32,000 bases of DNA, taken from Candidatus Babelota bacterium. GTDB taxonomy: Bacteria > Babelota > Babeliae > Babelales > Vermiphilaceae. The notes under the pieces are model-generated. The model was not told the origin of the DNA, made no database searches, and saw nothing but the letters and a program-made list of their open reading frames with translations. Below are positions 7,199-16,561 of the stretch, in pieces. The first letter of the stretch is position 1. The number at the start of each line of letters is the position of its first letter. Made by a program: the position numbers and the translations under genes. Location: positions 420,001-452,000 of the forward strand of contig JBDHVY010000001.1 in assembly GCA_039809905.1 (NCBI GenBank), given 5' to 3'.

Positions 7199-9655
7199 AT
7201 GAGTTACGATTTTGTATCAGTTGAAAAAAAATGGCGTAAAAGTTGGCATGATTCTTCAGCCAGGGTCCTCATGAGTAATAAAATGGATCATGAGGTTAAA
7301 AAATTCTACTGCCTTGATATGTTTCCTTATCCATCAGGAAGTGGATTACATGTGGGTCACTGGCGAGGGTATGTTCTTTCAGATGTTTATACACGCATCA
7401 AATGGCTTGAAGGTTATGATATCCTGCATCCTATGGGATGGGATGCTTTTGGTCTTCCAGCAGAAAATGATGCCATAAAAAAAGGTATTCATCCAAAAGT
7501 TGGAACCGCTACCAACATTGCCAATTTTAAAAAACAACTTCATGAAATTGGTGCTTTATATAATTGGGATAAGGAACTTGATACAACAGATCCTAACTAT
7601 TATAAATGGACTCAGTGGATTTTTTTACAAATGTTTAAAGCAGGTCTTGCGTATGAAGATATGGCCCCAATCAATTGGTGTCCTTCATGTCTCACAGGTC
7701 TTGCAAATGAAGAGGTTGTTGATGGCAAATGTGAACGCTGTGGATCAGAAGTTGTTCAACGAACCATCAGACAGTGGATTTTAAAAATTACCGCGTATGC
7801 TGAGAAACTTTTAAATGGCCTCGATAAACTTGAGTGGCCAGAAAAAGTTAAATTGATGCAACGCAATTGGATTGGAAAAAGTGAAGGTTTAATCTTTTCT
7901 TCTCCAGTAAAAGATTCTCATCTAGTACTTGAAACATTTTCAGCTCACTTTGAAGCATTCTGCGCCGATACCTTTTTAGTTATTGCCCCTGATCATGAGC
8001 TTTTACCATATCTTGTTGAAAAGGTATCAAATCGTGAAGAAATTTTGGCCTATGCTCAAGAACTCGTACATGAGCGTTTGCGAGATAAAGGGGCCGCAGG
8101 GCATGAACCCAAAGGCATCTTTACCGGTTGTTATACGATAGATCCTGTTGGCAATGGTGAATTGCCAATCTGGGTTGCAAGCTTTGCACTTGCCGATTAT
8201 GGAACTGGTATCATTAAATGTTCTGCACATGATGAACGCGATTTTGCATTTGCAAAAAAATACGGTATTAAGCTGAAAGCTGTTTTATTTCCTGAAGATC
8301 CAGCTCTACGTAAACAAGTAGAAAATTTTGATATTTGTTATACCGATATGAAGAAGGGTATCTTAGCAGAACCATCAATATTAGCAGGCAAAAAAGCTGG
8401 TGATGTACGTGGTGATATTGTTGAATACTGCGAAAGAAATAATCTCGCACGTCGCACAACCAATTATAAATTACGCGATTGGGTATTTTCTCGCCAACGT
8501 TATTGGGGCGAACCAATACCATTAATTCATTGCAAAAAATGTGGTATTGTTCCTGTTCCGGAAGATCAATTACCGGTGACACTACCAGAAATTGAACAAT
8601 ACGAACCAACAGGCACCGGTGAATCGCCACTTGCGGCAATTCATGAATGGGTGCATGTTGCATGCCCACAATGCAATGGACCAGCAGAGCGAGAAACTAA
8701 TACCATGCCTCAATGGGCTGGATCATGTTGGTATTTCCTGCGCTATCCAAATCCACATTTAAAAGATAAACCTTGGGATCCTGCTGATATGAATTATTGG
8801 ATGCCAGTAGATTTATATGTTGGTGGAGTTGAGCATGCAATTTTACATTTACTCTATGCACGTTTTTGGGTAAAAGTATTATATGATTTGGGACATTTAC
8901 CATTTGATGAACCATTTAATCATCTTTTTAATCAAGGAATGGTATTAAAATATTCAGAAAAATCAGGCCTTGTTGAAAAAATGTCTAAATCAAAAGGTAA
9001 TGTTGTTAGCCCTGATGATATGGTTGCAAAATATGGTTCTGATGTATTGCGCATGTATATTCTTTTCATGGGGCCACCAGAACTTGATTGTGAATGGCAA
9101 GATAGTGGTATTGAAGGTGTTAAACGCTTTGCAAACCGCGTGTATGATTACTTAACAAAACCGGCCACAATATTGCCGCAAGGCGAACAAGAAGATATTT
9201 CTGTTACACGCCGTACCCATAAATTGCTGCAAGATTTTCAAGAACGCATTGATTTATTTAAGCCAAATACAGCGCTTTCTGCATTTATGGAATGGATCAA
9301 TGATGCAACTGCCGCTTCAATGAAATTGAGCAAAGATTCTGCAGAAAAAATAATTATCGTACTTTCTGTTATGGCTCCGCACATGGCAAGTGAACTGCTT
9401 GAGCAGTTGTTTAGCAAACAATTGCAAGATTGTTCTTGGTCGTATGCAAATCCAGAATATACGTATGAAGATCACGTAGAAATAATTATTCAGGTGAATG
9501 GCAAACATCGTAGTAGCGTTACCGTTAAACGTAAAGCTGATCAAGATGTTGTTGAACCATTAGCACAACAAGCTATTGCACAATGGCTTGAAGGCAAAGA
9601 AATAATCAAAGTAGTTTTTGTAAAAGATCGTTTGATTAATTTTGTTGTAAGATAA
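7199..9655 (+). CDS. leuS: Leucine--tRNA ligase
   Basis: 818 aa. HIGH-type motif (GLHVGH), KMSKS motif (KMSKSKGN), CxxC zinc pairs (CPSC..CERC, CKKC..CPQC) and overall bacterial LeuRS layout. AAGGA RBS. Confidence 0.97.
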   Translation: MSYDFVSVEKKWRKSWHDSSARVLMSNKMDHEVKKFYCLDMFPYPSGSGLHVGHWRGYVLSDVYTRIKWLEGYDILHPMGWDAFGLPAENDAIKKGIHPKVGTATNIANFKKQLHEIGALYNWDKELDTTDPNYYKWTQWIFLQMFKAGLAYEDMAPINWCPSCLTGLANEEVVDGKCERCGSEVVQRTIRQWILKITAYAEKLLNGLDKLEWPEKVKLMQRNWIGKSEGLIFSSPVKDSHLVLETFSAHFEAFCADTFLVIAPDHELLPYLVEKVSNREEILAYAQELVHERLRDKGAAGHEPKGIFTGCYTIDPVGNGELPIWVASFALADYGTGIIKCSAHDERDFAFAKKYGIKLKAVLFPEDPALRKQVENFDICYTDMKKGILAEPSILAGKKAGDVRGDIVEYCERNNLARRTTNYKLRDWVFSRQRYWGEPIPLIHCKKCGIVPVPEDQLPVTLPEIEQYEPTGTGESPLAAIHEWVHVACPQCNGPAERETNTMPQWAGSCWYFLRYPNPHLKDKPWDPADMNYWMPVDLYVGGVEHAILHLLYARFWVKVLYDLGHLPFDEPFNHLFNQGMVLKYSEKSGLVEKMSKSKGNVVSPDDMVAKYGSDVLRMYILFMGPPELDCEWQDSGIEGVKRFANRVYDYLTKPATILPQGEQEDISVTRRTHKLLQDFQERIDLFKPNTALSAFMEWINDATAASMKLSKDSAEKIIIVLSVMAPHMASELLEQLFSKQLQDCSWSYANPEYTYEDHVEIIIQVNGKHRSSVTVKRKADQDVVEPLAQQAIAQWLEGKEIIKVVFVKDRLINFVVR

Positions 9656-9662
9656 AAAAAAA

Positions 9663-9697
9663 GAAGGCGTGTTTATCATGGCACGCCCTTTTTTTAT
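9663..9697 (+). terminator. Rho-independent terminator of leuS
   Basis: aaggcgtg / cacgccctt stem followed by T7, starting 8 nt after the stop codon. Confidence 0.75.
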
Positions 9698-9838
9698 CCC
9701 CAGCTCCGTTTCTCTACGCTGTGGTCATCGATAGCCCAGTATCTATCCCCAATTCCGCTTCTCTTCATTGGGGTCCCCGTACAAAGAATGAAGGACGGGG
9801 TAAAAGTAATGGGTAATAAAGAAAATCGGAACGTGTAA
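9698..9838. repeat. Cluster of four hairpin repeat units
   Basis: Units at 9698-9724 ccccagctccgtttctctacgctgtgg; 9747-9773 ccccaattccgcttctcttcattgggg; 9775-9800 ccccgtacaaagaatgaaggacgggg (opposite loop polarity); and 9812-9838, a degenerate unit similar to 71-99. Confidence 0.8.
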
Positions 9839-9894
9839 GACAATATTTGTACAAACGTTAACAAAACTTACTACACTTTAAAGAAGTTCTATTC

Positions 9895-10467
9895 ATGAAA
9901 AATAAACAAATACTTGTAGCATTAGTCATTATATCTCTCAACTCTCATATCAAAGCAATAGATCCACTCTCTCTGGCTTTATCTGCAGGAAGTAGCATAG
10001 TTGCAAAAATAGTCTTTGATCAGGCAAAAGAATATTATTACGCTGAAGAAAATAGAAATAAACAAACACTCAAAAAACATCTTATTTCAAATGATTTTCG
10101 CTCAGCTATTGTAGATGGGTGTAATGAAAATTTCACCTCAGATTGCACTCAATTTGCCCAAGCTCTTCAAGCAATGGAAAAATATTATGCCGAATATAAT
10201 TTGACATCCTATCTCATGCAGGCAAAAGATGTTTTAAAAAAAGACAACAATAATATTACTAACCCTATTGTGACTGATAAAATTGAGTTCGATAATCCTT
10301 TAACTATTGAATGGTCTTATTTTCAATCATTACCTCTCTCTGAACAAAAAGATCTTTTAGAGCTGCACAGAAAATTAGTTATAACGCATACCCAATCCAA
10401 GAACTATAGACAAGAATTGGAAAATTTTCATATAATTTTTAACGAAAGAAACAAAACAAGGCAGTAA
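9895..10467 (+). CDS. Secreted Cys-motif protein (190 aa)
   Basis: Signal peptide ILVALVIISLNSHIKA. Motif GCNENFTSDC resembles SCEENFMPEC in the 2938 protein. Confidence 0.65.
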   Translation: MKNKQILVALVIISLNSHIKAIDPLSLALSAGSSIVAKIVFDQAKEYYYAEENRNKQTLKKHLISNDFRSAIVDGCNENFTSDCTQFAQALQAMEKYYAEYNLTSYLMQAKDVLKKDNNNITNPIVTDKIEFDNPLTIEWSYFQSLPLSEQKDLLELHRKLVITHTQSKNYRQELENFHIIFNERNKTRQ

Positions 10468-10482
10468 AAAAATACATAAAAA

Positions 10483-11373
10483 ATGAAGAGACAAATACTC
10501 ATTATCATGCTTTTTATCTTTGAGGCAAGGATTAATGGAATGCAGAGCCTATTAAGCAATACAGAAGTATTTTCATCCATAACTGAACAACTGTGCATTA
10601 TTAATAAATGGAGTCCTAAAAAAATAAAACATCATGTGAAAAACTTGGCATGCTGCAGCAAATTTTTACATCTCCATTATATGGCTGAAAATACTGCTAA
10701 AGAAATTATTAGAAAAACAGGCTTACACAAGAACAAAGATGATTTAACAATCGCAAAATTATTCTGTCATAAAATTATCATTGATAAAATAGAAAATCTT
10801 TTCGGTAAACCACCAAAATATACTCTCAATTTCTGTCCTGATGACTTAAAAGATGGTTGGTATCTCAATGCTACAACTTCTTTTCCACTCGTTGAACCTG
10901 AACAACAAACATTATTGCTTCGAGCAATTGAATTTATTGATATCAATAAAATAACAATGTTAATTAATGCAAAAATAAATCTTCGCTCTAATCGTTGCGA
11001 AAACCCTTTACGATTAGCCTTTCGACGCTATTTTTGCGGAAATAATCCACAAGAAAAGAGTGATTTATTTTGCATTATCACATTATTGCTTGAAAATAAT
11101 TTAGACCCTGACATCACAATTAATATGAAACAAAAGGAAATAACACCATTAATGCAAGCTGGCCTAACAGGTAATCAAAAGCTTGCTGGTTTATTAATGC
11201 AATATGGAGCAAATCCTTATGAAACAATAATATGCCAAGATGAAAAAGATTCTAAAAATAAAATCCTTGTAAACTGTTTTGAATTAGAACAAAGTGTTAC
11301 TTTTCCTTTTCTTGCTAAAGGGTGGCTCAAAACAATGTATAATGAAATTCAAGGCTACAAAAATAAGGGCTAA
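10483..11373 (+). CDS. Ankyrin-repeat protein with N-terminal signal-like sequence (296 aa)
   Basis: KEITPLMQAGLTGNQKLAGLLMQYGANPYE and NPLRLAF...IITLLLENNLDPDI fit the ANK consensus (TPL..A...G......LL..GA.p). Confidence 0.7.
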   Translation: MKRQILIIMLFIFEARINGMQSLLSNTEVFSSITEQLCIINKWSPKKIKHHVKNLACCSKFLHLHYMAENTAKEIIRKTGLHKNKDDLTIAKLFCHKIIIDKIENLFGKPPKYTLNFCPDDLKDGWYLNATTSFPLVEPEQQTLLLRAIEFIDINKITMLINAKINLRSNRCENPLRLAFRRYFCGNNPQEKSDLFCIITLLLENNLDPDITINMKQKEITPLMQAGLTGNQKLAGLLMQYGANPYETIICQDEKDSKNKILVNCFELEQSVTFPFLAKGWLKTMYNEIQGYKNKG

Positions 11374-11377
11374 GTTT

Positions 11378-12988
11378 CTAAAACAGCTCATTCACTAACT
11401 GATCAATCTGCTGCGCAGTAACTTCATCTGCCATACATGCATAAAATTTTTCATCATATTCACGCGTTTGAACAACGACCGGCATTGTTACTGCATGTCC
11501 CAATAATAATGCCTGTTTTTTTGTATCCAATGAAGCTAAAATTGACCGCAATGCTGTTGCGCCATTTACACCAGTTAGCACTGCCTGAATATCTTTTTCA
11601 TCATTTAATTGCGCAACAATCTTGGTACCAATTTGAGAAATTATTTCTTGATCAATCCCTGAAGGTCGCTGATCTACCACAAGCAATGAAACATAATATT
11701 TACGCATTTCTCGTGCAATAACGCCAAAAATCGTTTGGCGTGCAGCTTGTGGATTTAAGAATTTATGCGCTTCTTCGATAGTAATCAATAATTTTTTTGG
11801 TTCATCTTCTTTGCGTTGTGATCCCAAAAACTTTTCAGTTTTAGCAACATATTCTGTATGAATACGACGTGAAATAATATTGGCAATAAGCAGATAAACA
11901 AAGGTAGAAGTATAATTACCAAATTCAACAATAACGCTGATTCCTTTATCAATAAATTCCATCATTTGATCAATGACAGGTACATGTGCACCTTGGTGCA
12001 ATGGTTTAAAAAACGGTAAACGCTCAATGCGCTTTAATTTTCTATATAAGGCAGCAATTGATTCTGGATGTGCTCCAATTGATTGGGCAAATTCTTTTAA
12101 ATTCTCACCCTGATTTAATAGCACATACAACCAATCCTGCTTGTATTGGGCAACAATTAAATAGGCAGCTTCGATCGCCGTTGAATGTAAATTCAATTCA
12201 TCTTGTAGTGAAAGTAAATCTTCTACTTGAATGGAATTATATGCAAGAACAATCTCTACATCAGGCGATCCACCTCGCCTACGCGTAGAATCAGGATCTA
12301 AAGAAAATATAGCAACTCGATGAGGAAATAATGTTTTAAGCCCTTTAACAAATGATTGATGTTCTGATTCTTTACGTGCTTGCAAACCGTATTCACTGTG
12401 CATATCAAAAATTAAATTAATTGCTTTATCATTTTTGATAAGTCCTGCAAGAACAAGACGGGTGATAAATGTTTTTCCTGTTCCTGTTTTACCAAAAATA
12501 CCATTACTTCGCTCGGTTAATCTTTCCAAATCAATACACACAGGAGTATTCATATCAAGAGGACATCCAATACTAAAATATTTTTTACTTGGATGAATTT
12601 CATCACCAAAAATTAATGCTACATCTTTTTTATCTGCATCGTATACATACGTAAAATGAGCGGGAATCGTTTTGACCGGAGATGGCTTATTATCTTTGGT
12701 AAGCATCAGCATTGGTTTAAGAACTGCTGTTGCATAGATATCTTTTTGTTTCAACAATGCAGTAAGCAAAGTTTCCTCCGGAGTAGGAGGAAACAATAAA
12801 ATATCAGGATGAGTAACTTCAAGCGCAAGATCTGTAATGAGAGAAAAAAATGTATGTGTCTTACCCACAATCGAAACAAATTTTCCCGTTTTTATTTCTT
12901 CCAATGCAATATCAGGAGAAATACGGATAACAAGACCTTCGGTAAGTGAACCGGATACTATGTGACCAAGAATGCGCTTTAGCCCCAT
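11378..12988 (-). CDS. HerA-like (DUF87) P-loop ATPase
   Basis: 536 aa. Walker A GKTGTGKT, Walker B LLITIEEAHKF and an N-terminal barrel-like region (GHIVSGSLTEGLVIRI...GKFVSI). The start ATGGGG is preceded by GGGGTAAAAAC. Confidence 0.8.
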   Translation of the reverse strand: MGLKRILGHIVSGSLTEGLVIRISPDIALEEIKTGKFVSIVGKTHTFFSLITDLALEVTHPDILLFPPTPEETLLTALLKQKDIYATAVLKPMLMLTKDNKPSPVKTIPAHFTYVYDADKKDVALIFGDEIHPSKKYFSIGCPLDMNTPVCIDLERLTERSNGIFGKTGTGKTFITRLVLAGLIKNDKAINLIFDMHSEYGLQARKESEHQSFVKGLKTLFPHRVAIFSLDPDSTRRRGGSPDVEIVLAYNSIQVEDLLSLQDELNLHSTAIEAAYLIVAQYKQDWLYVLLNQGENLKEFAQSIGAHPESIAALYRKLKRIERLPFFKPLHQGAHVPVIDQMMEFIDKGISVIVEFGNYTSTFVYLLIANIISRRIHTEYVAKTEKFLGSQRKEDEPKKLLITIEEAHKFLNPQAARQTIFGVIAREMRKYYVSLLVVDQRPSGIDQEIISQIGTKIVAQLNDEKDIQAVLTGVNGATALRSILASLDTKKQALLLGHAVTMPVVVQTREYDEKFYACMADEVTAQQIDQLVNELF

Positions 12989-12995
12989 GTTTTTA

Positions 12996-13046
12996 CCCCA
13001 GCTTCGTTGCTCTTTGCTGGGGACCCCAATAGAATAAAACCAAATT
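12996..13046. repeat. Hairpin repeat dimer (one intact unit, one decayed)
   Basis: ccccagcttcgttgctctttgctgggg (12996-13022) followed by accccaatagaataaaaccaaattc. Lies between atpC and the herA-like start. Confidence 0.8.
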
Positions 13047-13099
13047 CAAAATATTCACGTATGAGGCTCCATCAACAAACAAGCAATTAAACCAGCTTA

Positions 13100-13354
13100 T
13101 TATTTTTCATCCTGCCCAATTAATGCCATTGCGCCTTTTCGCGTTATTTCCAAAAAACCTGGACGCTCAAGATGAATAACTCTTTTTTCATCGGTAGATT
13201 CTAGCACAAATGAAAAATCACTACCAGCAGAAAGAGACATAATAATAGGCGCATGATCGGGTTGTATAATAAGGGCACCCATTGGAGTTTGTGCTTCAAT
13301 CCACCGCACTGTATATTCATGCTCATGTTGCGGACTAACTATGGTAAGCTTCAT
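13100..13354 (-). CDS. atpC: F1 ATP synthase epsilon subunit, short form (84 aa, beta-sandwich domain only)
   Basis: L.IVSP......V..IEAQTPMGALIIQPDHAPIIMSL.AG matches the epsilon N-terminal domain. Starts 6 nt after the atpD stop. No C-terminal helical hairpin is encoded. Confidence 0.8.
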   Translation of the reverse strand: MKLTIVSPQHEHEYTVRWIEAQTPMGALIIQPDHAPIIMSLSAGSDFSFVLESTDEKRVIHLERPGFLEITRKGAMALIGQDEK

Positions 13355-13360
13355 GAACCA

Positions 13361-14869
<1,509 letters not shown>

Positions 14870-14910
14870 TTAACCTAAACCATGTACGTTTCTTTGTAAA
14901 GAAAGAGCCA

Positions 14911-14947
14911 TAAAAAAAGATCCTGCATATAGAGCAAGACCTTTTTT
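14911..14947 (-). terminator. Rho-independent terminator after the 15030-15485 gene
   Basis: On the minus strand: aaggtcttgc-tctatat-gcaggatctt followed by T7. The two G-U pairs become mismatches on the plus strand, so it is minus-strand specific. Confidence 0.55.
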
Positions 14948-14990
14948 GTCTTTTTTTGTAATATTAGCAAAAATCATTTAAATCTTTTAT

Positions 14991-15024
14991 GGGGTTACCC
15001 ATGCGAAAAGCACTGAGCATGGGG
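14991..15024. repeat. Hairpin repeat unit with decayed partner
   Basis: ggggtt-acccatgc-gaaaagcactga-gcatgggg, directly after the stop of the 15030 gene. Confidence 0.75.
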
Positions 15025-15029
15025 TATAA

Positions 15030-15485
15030 TTATTGAGCTTCACGCAATCCCTTAAGAAATCTATCATTTGTAGCATTACGCGCAATACCTTTAGTTAAAC
15101 TCATCAGACGACTCAAATACCATTCATCATCACGACTGGCTTCTCTTTTATCATAGTTTCTCACGTGCTGGACAAGCACTAACCATCCTTTTTTCTTGCT
15201 CATTTCGCTCGGTTCAAGTTCTGATAAAATTAATGGCCATATGTTAGTTTTAAAGCCATCAATTAATTTTTGAATATCACCCTCAGGAGCAGAAGTACTC
15301 ACTAATATATCATAAACGTCGATACTAGATGCTATCGCTTGCATGAGTTTGTCAAAATCTTCACGCAAAGCTTTTTTACGATACCCACGCTCTTCCTGCG
15401 GTAACTTTGTTCTGTGCGAACCATAACTTTCCTGCGCACCAAATAAGCAACAGAACACACTAGCCATTACAATAAATCTTTTCAT
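15030..15485 (-). CDS. Hypothetical secreted protein (151 aa)
   Basis: Signal peptide MKRFIVMASVFCCLFGAQESYG. G-rich RBS (AAAGGGGG) 7 nt upstream of the ATG. Confidence 0.6.
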   Translation of the reverse strand: MKRFIVMASVFCCLFGAQESYGSHRTKLPQEERGYRKKALREDFDKLMQAIASSIDVYDILVSTSAPEGDIQKLIDGFKTNIWPLILSELEPSEMSKKKGWLVLVQHVRNYDKREASRDDEWYLSRLMSLTKGIARNATNDRFLKGLREAQ

Positions 15486-15488
15486 GAT

Positions 15489-15543
15489 AAAACCCCCTTT
15501 TTAATAATATATCCAATTTGAATATTATCAAAAAGGGGGTTTT
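15489..15543 (-). terminator. 22-bp hairpin (terminator-like) overlapping the RBS of the 15030-15485 gene
   Basis: aaaaccccctttttaataatat / atattatcaaaaagggggtttt with one mismatch and an 11-nt loop. On the minus strand it ends GGGGGUUUUAUC-AUG. Confidence 0.7.
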
Positions 15544-15569
15544 AATAACAAGAATTATTTTTTATAGCA

Positions 15570-16313
15570 TCACGATCTATCAAGATTCGCATCAAAAGTA
15601 ATCTTGTTTGCTAAATTATCTTTTTCATACAGAGTAACGGTAAAATCGGATCGATAATCAGAAGACTTTACAAAAATAAGACCTTCGTATTTCTCTCCAG
15701 ATTCAACAACTATGTTTCTATCAATTATTTTAGCTTGAAGATCATGATGTATACGACGGTTCATAACAATAGATTTAATACCACCGCCTAAGAACGCAAG
15801 AGACGTTATATATGAAGCAACACCAACACATGCCGCGACTGTTGCTAATGGTAAAACTATAACACCTGTCATAACCGAAACAGCTGGAGCAGTAAAAAGC
15901 ATGTTAATTGTTGCAGCCGAAGTAAAAGATACGGCTTTTGCACCAACAGCTCCTGTTAAACGACCAAAACTACTTGTTTTTTTAGTTTTTTTAACAAGAT
16001 CTGTGTACGAAAGATATGGGATATTAATATCTTCAGGGGAAATGATATAATCACGCGAATTTATATTATAAACCGTAAGATAAATGATCTGCGTATCAGA
16101 TAAGTTTTTAATACGATCATCAAATATATAGCTCGCTTCAGCACGATTTAATCGTTTAGCAGAAACAGTAATTCCTTTGTGTGTACTTGTATAAGCACAA
16201 TTATTTTTAAATATATGCAATGGCTTTGATCTATACGTTGGTACACGAACACATCCCGGCAATATCACCAACCCGGCTAAAAAGAGCCCCATACTGACTT
16301 TATTTATTTTCAC
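15570..16313 (-). CDS. Putative lipoprotein with internal Gly/Ala-rich hydrophobic region (247 aa)
   Basis: GTG start with AGGGGG 5 nt upstream. Lipobox-like LVILPGC. Long hydrophobic segment GAVGAKAV...VGVASYITSLAFLGGG. Confidence 0.6.
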   Translation of the reverse strand: MKINKVSMGLFLAGLVILPGCVRVPTYRSKPLHIFKNNCAYTSTHKGITVSAKRLNRAEASYIFDDRIKNLSDTQIIYLTVYNINSRDYIISPEDINIPYLSYTDLVKKTKKTSSFGRLTGAVGAKAVSFTSAATINMLFTAPAVSVMTGVIVLPLATVAACVGVASYITSLAFLGGGIKSIVMNRRIHHDLQAKIIDRNIVVESGEKYEGLIFVKSSDYRSDFTVTLYEKDNLANKITFDANLDRS

Positions 16314-16500
16314 AGCAACCCCCTAAAAATTACTTATTGAATTCTAAGTAAAACTATAATTTACAATATTTGTTATTTATAATACATCAGGTGGCTGGCA
16401 AGCGCAAAAGCCCCCATTAAATGGAGATATCTGTTAAAATTGTGCTTGAAACTGAAATAAGATAAGCTTGAGCGCAAGGAAATGATTAGCAATAAAAATC

Positions 16501-16544
16501 CTATTACTACGGGATCCCCATTCGATATACAATGGAAAATGGGG
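16501..16544. repeat. Hairpin repeat (decayed unit plus intact unit) in the pgi leader
   Basis: ctattactacggga-t-ccccatt-cgatatacaatggaa-aatgggg. The left flank matches cattctattacgggatcccc found upstream of the MCE gene. Confidence 0.7.
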
Positions 16545-16561
16545 TTGAAAAAAAGGAAAAA

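Noticed and set aside
7290-9544. Multiple 60-130 aa ORFs on both strands inside leuS
   Set aside because: They are shadow ORFs within a full-length, motif-complete LeuRS gene.
9698-9838. Possible mini CRISPR array behind leuS
   Set aside because: The units are individually palindromic and differ from each other. Spacings are 22, 1 and 11 nt rather than regular spacers. The same units also occur singly at other loci and no cas genes are present.
16532-16561. Upstream in-frame ATG as the pgi start (MENGVEKKEK...)
   Set aside because: This ATG lies inside the repeat loop and has no RBS. ATG 16562 has AAGGA at ideal spacing and gives the N-terminus M..L.FDY typical of short PGIs.
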